A stretch of 63,419 bases of DNA, the filler included. It is 6 parts of 6 records of this genome, joined end to end, with 100 filler letters (N's around TTAATTAATTAA, not from the genome) between each part and the next. Parts side by side here need not be neighbours in the genome. Positions count along the whole stretch, not along the records: positions 13,135 to 23,315 come from SRR31156797_11217; positions 23,416 to 32,645 come from SRR31156797_11220; 4 more parts are not named here. One strand, given 5' to 3'. Shown piece by piece: positions 19,754 through 29,643 of this stretch. The first letter of the stretch is position 1. Each line of letters opens with the position of its first letter. A program made the translations under genes and the position numbers. Under the pieces are notes generated by a model, which saw only the letters and a list, made by a program, of their open reading frames with translations, was not told where the DNA came from and made no database searches.

Positions 19754-20873
19754 TAATGCAAATATAAATAATATAATTAATGATGAAGATAAGCGTGCAC
19801 TGGAAAACGTAGGGATAATATCGAACAGTGATAAGCGTGCGGCAACAATGATAGTACGAGACTATGAACCGGTTTGCATAAGCAGTGATAGTGATAAATT
19901 TGAAATGATGTCTATTGCCGCTGCACTTAATAAATATGAATGGCTGCGTAAGGAGTACTATTTTAATGCAGTTTCGGCTGATTTTGATGATGTAACCAAA
20001 ATCTGTGCAGCTCAGAAAAATCAATCCGGCTACTTTATCCATGTAAAGGAAGGGGCAAAGGTTGAATTACCATGTCAAGCTGCGATGTATATGGCAAGAG
20101 AAGACATAGAGCAGATACTGCATAATATTATTGTCCTTGAGGATAATTCTGAGCTTGAATTAATAGCTGCCTGCACAACTCACCAAAGCGTAAGTAAGGG
20201 AAAGCATCTGGCGGTAGAGGAACACTACATTGGGAAAAATGCTAAACTTACCACTACTATGGTACATTCATGGGGAGAAGATGTGGAGGTATATCCTCGG
20301 ACAGGTACAATAGTTGAGGAAAACGGGCAGTATGAGAGCAATTATATTTCATTGAAGTCAGCAAAGAAAGTACTCTCAAATCCTCAGACTTATTTAAACG
20401 GAGCCGGAGCTGCGGCTAAATATCTGACTATTGTATTGGGTATGCCCGGTTCATTCATTGATACAGCAGGCAGTATATATTTGAATGCAGATGATACCAG
20501 TGCGGAATTGCTTCACAGAGGAGTTTCAACTGGTGGAATAATGCATCAGGGGGGTATGCTAATTGGCAATGCTAGGTGCAGGGCACATGTAGATTGTGCT
20601 GGTATGCTTCTGGATGAAACGGGGACAGGTTATATTGAATCAATACCAGGACTTAAGTCAATGCATCCAGATGCCAGAATGAGTCATGAAGCCAGTGTTG
20701 GCAAGATAGCACCTGAGCAGGTGGAATATTTAATGTCACGTGGTTTAAACGAGCAGGAAGCAATTTCGCTATTAATCAGAGGCTTTTTAGGAGCTGATAT
20801 TTCTGGGCTTGGTGATGCATTGGATGCAGAAATTGCAGATATCGCAGAGATTGCAGGTCATGGTGAAGAGTGA
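19746..20873 (+). CDS. sufB: SufB/SufD-family Fe-S scaffold (SMS-type SmsB)
   Basis: AHVDCAG, IPGL, SHEASVGKI, YLMSRGL, IRGF motifs; 8-nt overlap with sufC. Confidence 0.85.
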   Translation: MCSNANINNIINDEDKRALENVGIISNSDKRAATMIVRDYEPVCISSDSDKFEMMSIAAALNKYEWLRKEYYFNAVSADFDDVTKICAAQKNQSGYFIHVKEGAKVELPCQAAMYMAREDIEQILHNIIVLEDNSELELIAACTTHQSVSKGKHLAVEEHYIGKNAKLTTTMVHSWGEDVEVYPRTGTIVEENGQYESNYISLKSAKKVLSNPQTYLNGAGAAAKYLTIVLGMPGSFIDTAGSIYLNADDTSAELLHRGVSTGGIMHQGGMLIGNARCRAHVDCAGMLLDETGTGYIESIPGLKSMHPDARMSHEASVGKIAPEQVEYLMSRGLNEQEAISLLIRGFLGADISGLGDALDAEIADIAEIAGHGEE

Positions 20874-20915
20874 ATAGTTGATAAATTATATTTGAATTAT
20901 TAGTTAATGAAATAC

Positions 20916-20962
20916 AAAAAAGCACTCCCATAGATACATATAAAATGTACCTATTGGGAGTG
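20916..20962. terminator. Hairpin between convergent sufB and SRPBCC genes
   Basis: CACTCCCATAG...CTATTGGGAGTG inverted repeat; T tract on minus strand. Confidence 0.6.
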
Positions 20963-21085
20963 AAAAAATTTATGTACAGTTTGAGTAAATATGTCGAATA
21001 TTTTTCCTTTTGAAACACATAACATAATATAGCATTTAGCTGCGTACTTTTGTAGTATTACACAAAAGGGTAAAAGGTGTTTTGT

Positions 21086-21580
21086 TTATCCTTCAATCTC
21101 TGGATACACACCAGTTTCTAGAATCTGTTTAAGATAGAGATTATCCTCTTTCATATCATTCAAGATTAATTCCCAATTAGCTTTATTCTTAAATAGTACA
21201 TCAAATAGCAACCAATTAACCAATTTCCCCCAGAGGGTGTTAGGTTTTCCGAATTCCTCAATATGAGTGAATTTACACCCCGAGTCAGTTGCATTTCCTT
21301 CAAAGTAGATATTTCCAAGTCCTGACATACTGGAAAAGGCAATTGTGAAAGCATCATCTTTTTTTTCATGCTTTGTGATTGTACCAGTTACTTCATATGG
21401 TACACCCATGACTATCTCTTTGAATTTTATTTTATCGCCTACATCCCATTTGCCTGATATTTTTTCAAAGTAATCATGATAGGGACTCCATTTTGAGAAG
21501 TTTTTATCCAATTCATACAGCCAATCATATAAACTATCTAAAGGAACTGAAATGTTAATGCTGTCATTTAGTACAATCAT
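21086..21580 (-). CDS. SRPBCC/START-like family protein
   Basis: DSININV...LYDWL...WSP...VGDKI...FTHIEEFG...MKED pattern; start ATG 21580 inferred. Confidence 0.65.
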   Translation of the reverse strand: MIVLNDSINISVPLDSLYDWLYELDKNFSKWSPYHDYFEKISGKWDVGDKIKFKEIVMGVPYEVTGTITKHEKKDDAFTIAFSSMSGLGNIYFEGNATDSGCKFTHIEEFGKPNTLWGKLVNWLLFDVLFKNKANWELILNDMKEDNLYLKQILETGVYPEIEG

Positions 21581-21824
21581 AGTTTCTATATCTTTCTTAA
21601 TATATTTATACTGAGATGTGTTCAAATTAATTTATTTAGAGGACAGATGACAAGTCCGTCCTCCATATAATCAAATTCTCTTTATGTATACCGTGGTTAT
21701 AAGATTTAAATATTTACTTTGAAAGGCTAGTAATTATTAAGAAGATATACATGCTATACTTTGAAGTATAAGAAAATTTAATCTATAGTTTTAAGTACAA
21801 TCCCATCGTTGACATAGTTTTATG

Positions 21825-21872
21825 AGTTAGCTAAAGCTAACTATATTGTATCATATAGAACTTATTTGTCAA
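21825..21872 (-). promoter_or_regulatory. Sigma70/A promoter with adjacent palindromic operator
   Basis: TTGACA-16 nt-TACAAT with TG extension, followed by AGTTAGCT-AA-AGCTAACT palindrome (21825-21842). Confidence 0.6.
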
Positions 21873-22442
21873 TAATATTTTAAAGTAAATAATTTAGAAA
21901 ACTAAAAACAGTTTAAGACATGCCTGAGTCAAAGCAGCTGTTTCAAATCTTTATATATTACATCTCCAATTGTATAACCAACACCTTGATATGTACTTTA
22001 TGAATTATATGTATGATTTCTATTCCCGATATAATTCTTTTAGTTGTTTTAGGAGTTTAATTAAAAACACTATAATTGATGGAATGTATCTTTAGATTTG
22101 CAGTTCAGTGTTACATACTCTGTTCATAGTCTTTCTTTGTTCTTATAAACCTGAACAATGTATCTGTATAAGTTATTTGCTGTATTCACTTTGCTTAATC
22201 TTTGTTCAGAATATTATTTGCTTTTTTGTGTAAAAAGGCGAGTTAAGCAAACCTTTCTTTGCAGGCAGTCTATTGACTGTAAAATCACAGCTTTTACTCT
22301 CTCTACTCAAATATAAGCAGCCGATAAATTCTCCGTCTTTAGCAAGATTATATGAATTCCACTGAAAGAAATGTCTTTTTGTGGAAACATATGAAAACAA
22401 TTAAGCTACAGTATAAAACTATAAGGATTAAACTGTGGTAGG

Positions 22443-22482
22443 AAATAAAAGTGAACTACTCATATTGAATAAATAGTTCACT
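22443..22482 (-). terminator. Terminator of nucleoside phosphorylase gene
   Basis: AGTGAACTA...TAGTTCACT stem followed by TTTATTT on minus strand. Confidence 0.65.
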
Positions 22483-22521
22483 ATAAGTTATTTATAAGGT
22501 TGTGTTTGAATATAAAGAATC

Positions 22522-23313
22522 TTACTTATTATCATTCATATAAATCTGATGCATAGTTTCGCAGGCAATGAAGTTCAGTCTTTCCACATTATCATTCGAA
22601 TAGTTGATATCTTTTTCATAGTCAAAGATTTTACCTTCTTCAAATTGTTTTAGTAAGTTTGTTACACATACACATAATGCCCCGCCTCTTAAACCAAATA
22701 GACGGCTTAGTATCATAATGATGCTGCTTTCCATATCACCGGCTAATACTTTCATCTGCTTTAAATCACTAAGGAAGTAATCCCAGTCGTGTCTGTGATA
22801 TCCTGAAAATGATGCATCACTTTCTGGACGATTTGCAAATAAAGCATCTGTTGTTCTTGTTGTACCTACATGATAAGTTAGGTCCAATCGCTGAGCAGCT
22901 TGAATCGCAGCCTGCACCACCTCATGGTGAGCAACAGCAGGGTATTCTATTGGCACATACTGAGGAGATGTTCCTTCAAATCTGCATGCTGAATCAAAAA
23001 TTGCAATATCCCCTTTATTTATATAGTTTTGGATGCCTGCACATGTTCCCATACGCAGGAATGTCTTTGCACCACATCTTGCTAGTTCTTCTACTGCTAT
23101 TGCTGTTGAAGGGCATCCCATACCTGTACTGGTGCAGCTTATTGGCATACCTTTATATATTCCGGTATAGGTTACGTGTTCACGATTATCAGCTATTAGC
23201 TTTGCTTCATCCCATAGCTTTGCTACTAATGGAACTCGCTTAGGATCACCTGGTAGCAGCACATAAGGTGCTATATCTTTTTCAGTTGTTTTTATATGGT
23301 ACATAAGAGCCAT
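22522..23313 (-). CDS. udp: Uridine/nucleoside phosphorylase
   Basis: LLPGDPKR, NREH, STGMGCPS, EEL, RMGTC, R.EGTS, DME motifs. Confidence 0.85.
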   Translation of the reverse strand: MALMYHIKTTEKDIAPYVLLPGDPKRVPLVAKLWDEAKLIADNREHVTYTGIYKGMPISCTSTGMGCPSTAIAVEELARCGAKTFLRMGTCAGIQNYINKGDIAIFDSACRFEGTSPQYVPIEYPAVAHHEVVQAAIQAAQRLDLTYHVGTTRTTDALFANRPESDASFSGYHRHDWDYFLSDLKQMKVLAGDMESSIIMILSRLFGLRGGALCVCVTNLLKQFEEGKIFDYEKDINYSNDNVERLNFIACETMHQIYMNDNK

Positions 23314-23315
23314 AG

Positions 23316-23415
23316 NNNNNNNNNNNNNNNNNNNNNNNNNNNNNNNNNNNNNNNNNNNNTTAATTAATTAANNNNNNNNNNNNNNNNNNNNNNNNNNNNN
23401 NNNNNNNNNNNNNNN
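23316..23415. other. Artificial contig spacer
   Basis: N run with TTAATTAATTAA. Confidence 0.99.
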
Positions 23416-24029
23416 TCTTCGATGGTCGCGGGGAATTCGGTGTACTCGGTACTCAGGTTAAAAGTCAGAACCGCATCTGCCGGAGTTACGCTGAAGCTGA
23501 TGCTTCCCGTATAGGCTTCCACCTGTCTGCGGGAGGAATACCCGGAAGCTCCCTCTTTACCGGCAATTATATTCGCCAGTTCCTGACACTTGGTCCGGAG
23601 CTCCTCAATCGTTGAGAGAGAATAGAGGGTGACGATGGCGTTCTTCTCGATCTCCCCTGATTCTACCGACATCAGATTGATCGAAACGATGTATCTGCTT
23701 CCACTCTTGTTGATCGATCCCATAATCAGGAAGTCTGCACTCAGGAGCTGCCCGATCTCAACCGCACAGGTCTGATCGGCACACCCGCTCAGGGAGAATG
23801 CCTGTTCATCAAGGATTGTATCCCGTTCATTCTGGGCGATAATCCGAAAGGAATCGGTTGCCAGAAAGGCCCCTTCCAGAAAGGTTGTAAATCCTACCAA
23901 CTCCTGTTCGGCCACGCCCTCTGAGGTTTTCAGGGGAATAATCGCGACGCTCGCCTTTTCACTGCCTGCAGCTCCTAACCCGGCCGCAAGAAGGACAAAA
24001 ATCATAAAAAAGTATGCTGTTTTTCTCAT
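23416..24029 (-). CDS. Exported CsgG/TolB_N-like domain protein, probably followed by a PEGA-like domain (3' truncated)
   Basis: Signal peptide; ILDEQAFSLSGC...CAVEIGQLLSAD...GSI pattern; SVTPADA. Confidence 0.6.
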
Positions 24030-24070
24030 TACCTACACCTGTATTTGTTCATCCGATTTTTGGACATTGT

Positions 24071-24099
24071 ATTCTATGATACACGAAACTTCTTGTCAA
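24071..24099 (-). promoter_or_regulatory. Sigma70 promoter
   Basis: TTGACA-17 nt-TAGAAT about 40 nt upstream of ATG 24029. Confidence 0.65.
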
Positions 24100-24236
24100 A
24101 TTATAACACATAATTTCAAACAGCATTAGGAAATACAACATTCCTGCAAAATTCTCTTCCTTTACAACCACCCCATGATGATTTACTATGGGTAAATCTG
24201 TTTTCACAGGATACAGGGAATAATGAGGAGTGCATT

Positions 24237-25166
24237 TTGATCGAAAATTACCTGATCATCTTTAATCCTACGGCAGGAAAGGGACAGGCGGTGAAAAAGC
24301 TGCCGGCAGTCCATGAATTTATGAACGACAGGCAGCTCGAATACGAACTCATCTGCACCGAAAGGGTCGGCCACGCGGCAGAAATCGCAGAAAACCATGC
24401 CCAGGATGAAAATACGGCCATTATTGCCGCCGGTGGAGACGGGACATGTAATGAGGTGATCAACGGCTTAATGAGGGGAAAGGGAGAGTCCGTCCCGGTT
24501 TTCGGCGTTCTGCCCATGGGCCGGGGCAATGATTTTTCCTACGGAGGCCATGTTCCGGCGGTGCTGGAGGAGGCCCTGGAAATTCTCGCCGAAGGCAACA
24601 CCTCATCCCTGGATATAGGTCTGATCACAGGGGGCTACTACCCCGAAGGCCGGTATTTCGGCAATGGTATAGGCTGCGGATTCGACACGGTTGTGGGGCT
24701 GGAAGCTGCCAAAATGACCCATGTCCACGACGCCCTGGCCTATGTCTTCGGAGCCGCCCGGACGTTGATCAAATTCTCCGACTCTCCGGAAATCGAGATA
24801 AGCTACAACAATTCCTCTAAAACCTTGAGAGCCATCCAGATCTCCCTAATGAACGGCACCCGGATGGGAGGGATTTTCTTTATGGCGCCGGAAGCGGTCA
24901 ACAACGACGGCCTCCTGGATCTCTGCATTGTCGAGCATAAGAACAGAAGGCAGCTGATCAAAACAATCCTGCATTACACCAAGGGAACCCAGAAGGGATT
25001 GAAAGGGATCACCATGGATCGGGCGGAGAGTTTTCGGCTGAAAGCCCTGAAAGGGGGGATGATTGTACACGCCGACGGAGAGACCATCTGCATTGAGGGA
25101 AAGGAGCTGGAGGTGCAGTGCATCCCGGGTCCTTTAAGTATAATCCACCACCGGAATGGAGAATAG
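24237..25166 (+). CDS. Diacylglycerol kinase (YegS/DgkB) family lipid kinase
   Basis: NPTAG, AAGGDGT.NEVINGL, PMGRGNDF, GCGFD, ADGE; TTG start with GAGGAG RBS. Confidence 0.9.
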   Translation: MIENYLIIFNPTAGKGQAVKKLPAVHEFMNDRQLEYELICTERVGHAAEIAENHAQDENTAIIAAGGDGTCNEVINGLMRGKGESVPVFGVLPMGRGNDFSYGGHVPAVLEEALEILAEGNTSSLDIGLITGGYYPEGRYFGNGIGCGFDTVVGLEAAKMTHVHDALAYVFGAARTLIKFSDSPEIEISYNNSSKTLRAIQISLMNGTRMGGIFFMAPEAVNNDGLLDLCIVEHKNRRQLIKTILHYTKGTQKGLKGITMDRAESFRLKALKGGMIVHADGETICIEGKELEVQCIPGPLSIIHHRNGE

Positions 25167-25854
25167 GAGAGAAGAGCCTACCCGGCTCCGGATTCTACTG
25201 GTTACAACCCTGCTTAAAACGGTGATTCGGGTGATCGCCAGGGTCAATTCCCGGGAATTGAGAAAAATTCCCAGAGAGGGTCCCCTTATCATCTGTATAA
25301 ACCATATCAACTTTCTGGAAGTCCCCCTTATCCAGACCTGGCTGATGCCCCGGAAAATGAGGGGATTTGTGAAGAGGGAAACCTGGGAAAATCCTTTTAT
25401 GGCCTTTCTTCTTGACACATACAGAGCCATTCCTGTAGACAGGGGGGGTATTAATATGAATGCTTTCAGGGAGGTGCGGAACCACCTGGAGGCGGGGAAT
25501 TTTATTACCCTGGCTCCCGAAGGAACCCGAAGCGGCGATGGAGTGCTTCAGGAAGGAAAACCGGGAATTGTCGCCATGGCCCTAATGGCCGGTTCTCCAA
25601 TTCTCCCTGTAATTCATTTCGGAGGCGAAAAGTTTTGGGAAAACTTCAAAAAGTTCCGCCGTACGAAAGTGGAGTGGCGGGTCGGACGCCCCTTCCGGCT
25701 GGACAGCAATGGAAAAACCGATGCGACAGTCAGGGAAGAGATGACCCGGGAAGTCATGTTCCAGATGGCAGCCCTTATGCCTGAGGAACTGCGCGGAAGT
25801 TACGCCGATTCGGACCGGCAGACAGAAAAATATCTTAAATTTGTTGAACTGTAA
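25156..25854 (+). CDS. Lysophospholipid acyltransferase (PlsC family)
   Basis: NHINFLE (HX4D variant), IPVDR, APEGTRS motifs. Confidence 0.87.
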   Translation: MENRREEPTRLRILLVTTLLKTVIRVIARVNSRELRKIPREGPLIICINHINFLEVPLIQTWLMPRKMRGFVKRETWENPFMAFLLDTYRAIPVDRGGINMNAFREVRNHLEAGNFITLAPEGTRSGDGVLQEGKPGIVAMALMAGSPILPVIHFGGEKFWENFKKFRRTKVEWRVGRPFRLDSNGKTDATVREEMTREVMFQMAALMPEELRGSYADSDRQTEKYLKFVEL

Positions 25855-25862
25855 GGAAGAGC

Positions 25863-26552
25863 ATGGAAATCCATATTTTTGACATCGATCACACTTTAAT
25901 CAAAAAATCGACAACCCATTGTCTGCTGAAAACATGTATGAAACATGGTCTCGTGACTCTCCCCCAGCTCCTCCGCTTCCCCTGGAAATGGTTCCTTTAT
26001 AAACTGGCGATCATCGAACCGGAGTTCATTGAGCATGAGGTTCGGAACTTCAGTGGTATTCCCAAATCACTGCTTGCCGATCTTTCACGGGAATCCTTTT
26101 TGGACCACGGGAAAGGGGCCCTTTTTGCCGAAGCAGTTTCCCTTCTGGAAGAACTGAAAAAGAAAGGCCACCGGATAATCGCGGCGACCTCCTCCCTCGA
26201 TCTTTTCATTGAACCAATCATGGAATTCCTGGGATTTGATGAATGGGTAGCCACCAGCCTGGAATTCACCGAAGACGGCAAAACAACCGGCCGAACGGAA
26301 GGTCATTCGGTTTTTGGAAGAAGCAAACTCACGGCCGTTGAAAAATACTTCAAGGAGAAGGGTCTCTCCCTGGAGCATGCCGCCTTCTATTCGGACTCCT
26401 ACAACGATCTGCCCCTTCTGGCCGCCTGCGGCAAACCGGTTCCGGTCAACCCGGACCGCAGATTAAAGCAGGAAGCGGAAAAAAGGGGCTGGAAGTGCCT
26501 CAATTTCAGAAAAACTCTGGGAGATAACGGCTCACTTATTTTTCAAGGATAA
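25863..26552 (+). CDS. HAD-IB family hydrolase
   Basis: FDIDHTL, ATSS, K, YSDSYNDLPLL, VNPD motifs. Confidence 0.88.
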   Translation: MEIHIFDIDHTLIKKSTTHCLLKTCMKHGLVTLPQLLRFPWKWFLYKLAIIEPEFIEHEVRNFSGIPKSLLADLSRESFLDHGKGALFAEAVSLLEELKKKGHRIIAATSSLDLFIEPIMEFLGFDEWVATSLEFTEDGKTTGRTEGHSVFGRSKLTAVEKYFKEKGLSLEHAAFYSDSYNDLPLLAACGKPVPVNPDRRLKQEAEKRGWKCLNFRKTLGDNGSLIFQG

Positions 26553-26985
26553 ACCAGATCTCTCCCAGACCGGAGGCCAGTCCGCGAACGGCGGTCAGAA
26601 CCACAGCAGAGACTTCGCGCCCCCTGGCCCGGCCGATAATATCGTTTTCGACGAGAAAATCCTCAACAGCTTCCACGGCCTCAACGGAGCCTTCGTTCAT
26701 TCCGTCCTCGGGAAATGCCCAGACCTCTCCGGAGACAACAACCCGTCCGTTCTCCTCCCGATCGGAGAGACTGATGACGGGAACGCCCTTCTCTTCTCCC
26801 CGAAGGAGGAAGACGGAGATGTCGGTTAAGGGGATATTGAAAATTTTTCCCACGGTCCCTTTGACCTTCACGGTTTTTCCGTTGTAATCTCCGGGATTCT
26901 GATCGATTCGGCCGGGGGTAGTGGCACAGCCGGTGGTGATAATAAGAAGCATAAGAAGAACAGCAGGGAATAATAATCGTTTCAT
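26536..26985 (-). CDS. Hypothetical lipoprotein (OB-fold-like)
   Basis: Lipobox TTGC; YNGKTVKVKGTV pattern; AGGAG RBS. Confidence 0.6.
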   Translation of the reverse strand: MKRLLFPAVLLMLLIITTGCATTPGRIDQNPGDYNGKTVKVKGTVGKIFNIPLTDISVFLLRGEEKGVPVISLSDREENGRVVVSGEVWAFPEDGMNEGSVEAVEAVEDFLVENDIIGRARGREVSAVVLTAVRGLASGLGEIWFILEK

Positions 26986-27014
26986 AAAGTAAAATCTCCT
27001 TGTTCCTGTACAAC

Positions 27015-28073
27015 TTACCGCAAAGAATCCAGAAAAACCTTCATATCGGAACCGGCTTCGGCATATTTTTGTTCAAACCACTCCCGATTGCCTTCGTAGA
27101 TCTGATAGAGATCCAGATAGGCGTTATTGACCGGGATATCGGCGAAACCAAGAAAACGATCGGAGCTGTACCGATCAGGATAACGGGTTCTGAAATCCTC
27201 CTGGAAAACAGCTATAATCTCCTGTTTCTTCGCAAAAGCCTCTACTCTCAGGAGTTGAGCCTTATCAGAGGCGGCCTCTTTACCCGGAGGAAGGTCGAGG
27301 GTGGCGTAATAATCGGACAGCTCATCCCTGAGAGCAAAAATATCTTCCAAAAACAGTTTGTAGTCCCGGTCCGTCTCATCAATCGCCTGATACTCCGGAG
27401 ACTCCTCTCCATAACCTTCGGCCACATAGAGCCGGGCCCCGGTCTCGCCGACGAAGGTCGCCAGGTCCTCATTGAAGGGAATGTCATTTTTCCGCCAGAG
27501 AGTTGCGTGGGTCTGTTCATGAATAAGGAGATTGGCCAGCCGGTGAACCGGGTAATCACTCATATAGCTGTAGAGGGGGTCCTTCAGAAATCCCAGGGTG
27601 GAAAATCCCTCCACTCCGCGGACCCAGACATCGAATCCTTTCCCCCGAAGCCGGGAAGCTTCCCGCTTGGCATCCCGGTGTTCATAGTACCCCTTGTAAG
27701 GCATCTTTCCCAGAAAAGGATAGGACCATTGATAGGTCTCAAAAGAAAGAGGATCACAGGCAGAGACCACATAGGCCAGAACATCCTGACCGGTATCAAG
27801 AAAGGTCGTGTAGTTTTTATTGTCATTGAGCCCCAGATCCTCCCGGGAAAACCGGCGGATATCCTCCACCAGAAGGAGAAACTCCCGGGTTTCAGCCGGG
27901 GTATCGGACTGAGTCAACAGCCGGGAAACAGGGTTGGCCTTTATCTGATGGGAGAGCAGGTATCGACCCTGTTTTGTATAGTAACAGCCGGAAAAAAGCC
28001 CCATTATCACCGCTCCAAAGCAGAAAACAGCGGCTGTTCTGAGAGCTCTCCGCGGTTTTCGATAATTACTCAT
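27015..28073 (-). CDS. Putative zinc aminopeptidase lipoprotein
   Basis: HEQTH zincin motif with downstream FNED; FSTLG..DP; lipobox FSGC; NNA motif. Confidence 0.8.
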   Translation of the reverse strand: MSNYRKPRRALRTAAVFCFGAVIMGLFSGCYYTKQGRYLLSHQIKANPVSRLLTQSDTPAETREFLLLVEDIRRFSREDLGLNDNKNYTTFLDTGQDVLAYVVSACDPLSFETYQWSYPFLGKMPYKGYYEHRDAKREASRLRGKGFDVWVRGVEGFSTLGFLKDPLYSYMSDYPVHRLANLLIHEQTHATLWRKNDIPFNEDLATFVGETGARLYVAEGYGEESPEYQAIDETDRDYKLFLEDIFALRDELSDYYATLDLPPGKEAASDKAQLLRVEAFAKKQEIIAVFQEDFRTRYPDRYSSDRFLGFADIPVNNAYLDLYQIYEGNREWFEQKYAEAGSDMKVFLDSLR

Positions 28074-28075
28074 TC

Positions 28076-28858
28076 CTACTCCCTGATCCCTGACAGAAAA
28101 CCTTCAATATCCCGGATAAGTTCGGCAGGCCGGTCTACATGGACCCAGTGCCCGGCCCCATCGACGGTCCGAATCTCCGCCCGGGGAAAGAGAGAGAGGA
28201 TCATATCAGAATCCTTTGCTTCTTCAATATAATTGGATTCTCCTCCGCGGATAAAGAGAACGGGACCGTCATAGGACCGCCCCTGCTCAATTCCTTCCCA
28301 GATATGGGAGTAATTGGCCAGGATGCCGGGCATATTAATCCGCCATCGGAAGGAGGAGTCTCCGGTACGCACCAGGTTTTTCAGGAAAAAACCGCGCATG
28401 GTCCGGTCGGGGATGGCCGCAGCCAGAGCTTCCATCGCCTCCTGCCGGGTACTCAGATGGGCGACATCAAGCTCTTTAAGAGCCTCAATCTCTCTCGTGT
28501 AACGGGCGGGAAATCCCTTGGGAGCAATATCAACAATAATAAGCGCCTTCACCCGGCGGGGATGGGAAAGGGCGGCCTCCATGGCTGTTTTCCCACCCAT
28601 CGAGTGGCCGAGAAGAATAACCTCGCCCAGATCCATCCCGTTGGCGGTATCGATCAGATCTTCGGCCATGAAAGGATAGGACATCTCATCGGCATGAGGA
28701 GAGCCCCCGTGGTTCCGGGCATCGGGACAGAGGGTTAAATAACGGTCCTTGAACCGCCGGGCAATCCCCTTCCAGTTTTCACCGGAACCTAAAAATCCAT
28801 GGAGAAATATGAAGGGAGTTTCGCCGGCAACTCCCATCGGTTCAGCTTTCAGTATCAT
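28076..28858 (-). CDS. Alpha/beta hydrolase (YbfF-like esterase)
   Basis: HGFLGS, DARNHG, GHSMGG, VDIAP, AGHWVH. Confidence 0.9.
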   Translation of the reverse strand: MILKAEPMGVAGETPFIFLHGFLGSGENWKGIARRFKDRYLTLCPDARNHGGSPHADEMSYPFMAEDLIDTANGMDLGEVILLGHSMGGKTAMEAALSHPRRVKALIIVDIAPKGFPARYTREIEALKELDVAHLSTRQEAMEALAAAIPDRTMRGFFLKNLVRTGDSSFRWRINMPGILANYSHIWEGIEQGRSYDGPVLFIRGGESNYIEEAKDSDMILSLFPRAEIRTVDGAGHWVHVDRPAELIRDIEGFLSGIRE

Positions 28859-29643
28859 TTTTCACCACAACAATTCACGATATCGCCGACACCATCCAGT
28901 ATGTAGTTGGGGCGATAGGCGAATTGGTTCATATTCTCCCGGGTTGTCACCCCGCTTAATACAAGGACGGTTTCCAGACCGGCCTCAATACCGGATATCA
29001 CATCCGTATCCATCCTGTCCCCGACAATCACGGTCTCATCCCGGTGGGTCTGAAGAACTCCCCGGGCGTGACGCATCATCAGGGGATTGGGTTTTCCGAC
29101 AAAATAAGCCTTGGAACCGGTGGCCAGTTCTATGGGACTGATCAGGGCTCCGGTAGCGGGCATAATCCCTTTCTCAACCGGCCCGGTCAGATCGGGGTTC
29201 GTTCCGATCAGCTTGGCTCCTTTTAGAACCAGATTGACCGCATGCTCCAGGGTATCAAGATTGTAATTCCGCGATTCTCCCACAATAACGTAGTCGGGGT
29301 TCACATCATTCATTGAGAATCCCACATTATAGAGAGCATTGATCAACCCCGCCTCGCCGATAACATAGGCGGAACCTCCGGGACACTGGCTGGCCAGGAA
29401 AGCGGCCGTCGCCAGGGCGGAAGTATAGAAATTCTCAACAGGGACTTCCACTCCCAGCCGTTTAAGCTTCTGCTGCAGTTCCCGGGGAGAACGCTCACTG
29501 GCATTGGTCAGAAAGAGAAAGGGTTTCCCCTCCGCAGTCAGCCAGTCGACAAACTCCTTTGCCCCGGGCAAAAGCCTGTTCCCGTGATAGATAACACCGT
29601 CCATATCACAGATGAAGGCTTTCTTATTTCGTAATTCTTCCAT
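28855..29643 (-). CDS. nagD: HAD-IIA hydrolase (NagD family)
   Basis: DMDGV, LTN, TNPD, GKPNP, VGDRMDTD. Confidence 0.88.
   Translation of the reverse strand: MEELRNKKAFICDMDGVIYHGNRLLPGAKEFVDWLTAEGKPFLFLTNASERSPRELQQKLKRLGVEVPVENFYTSALATAAFLASQCPGGSAYVIGEAGLINALYNVGFSMNDVNPDYVIVGESRNYNLDTLEHAVNLVLKGAKLIGTNPDLTGPVEKGIMPATGALISPIELATGSKAYFVGKPNPLMMRHARGVLQTHRDETVIVGDRMDTDVISGIEAGLETVLVLSGVTTRENMNQFAYRPNYILDGVGDIVNCCGEK

Noticed and set aside
23364-23415. ORF-track extensions into X runs (also 32487-32693 and 43683-43734)
   Set aside because: Artefacts of the N spacer and stop linker
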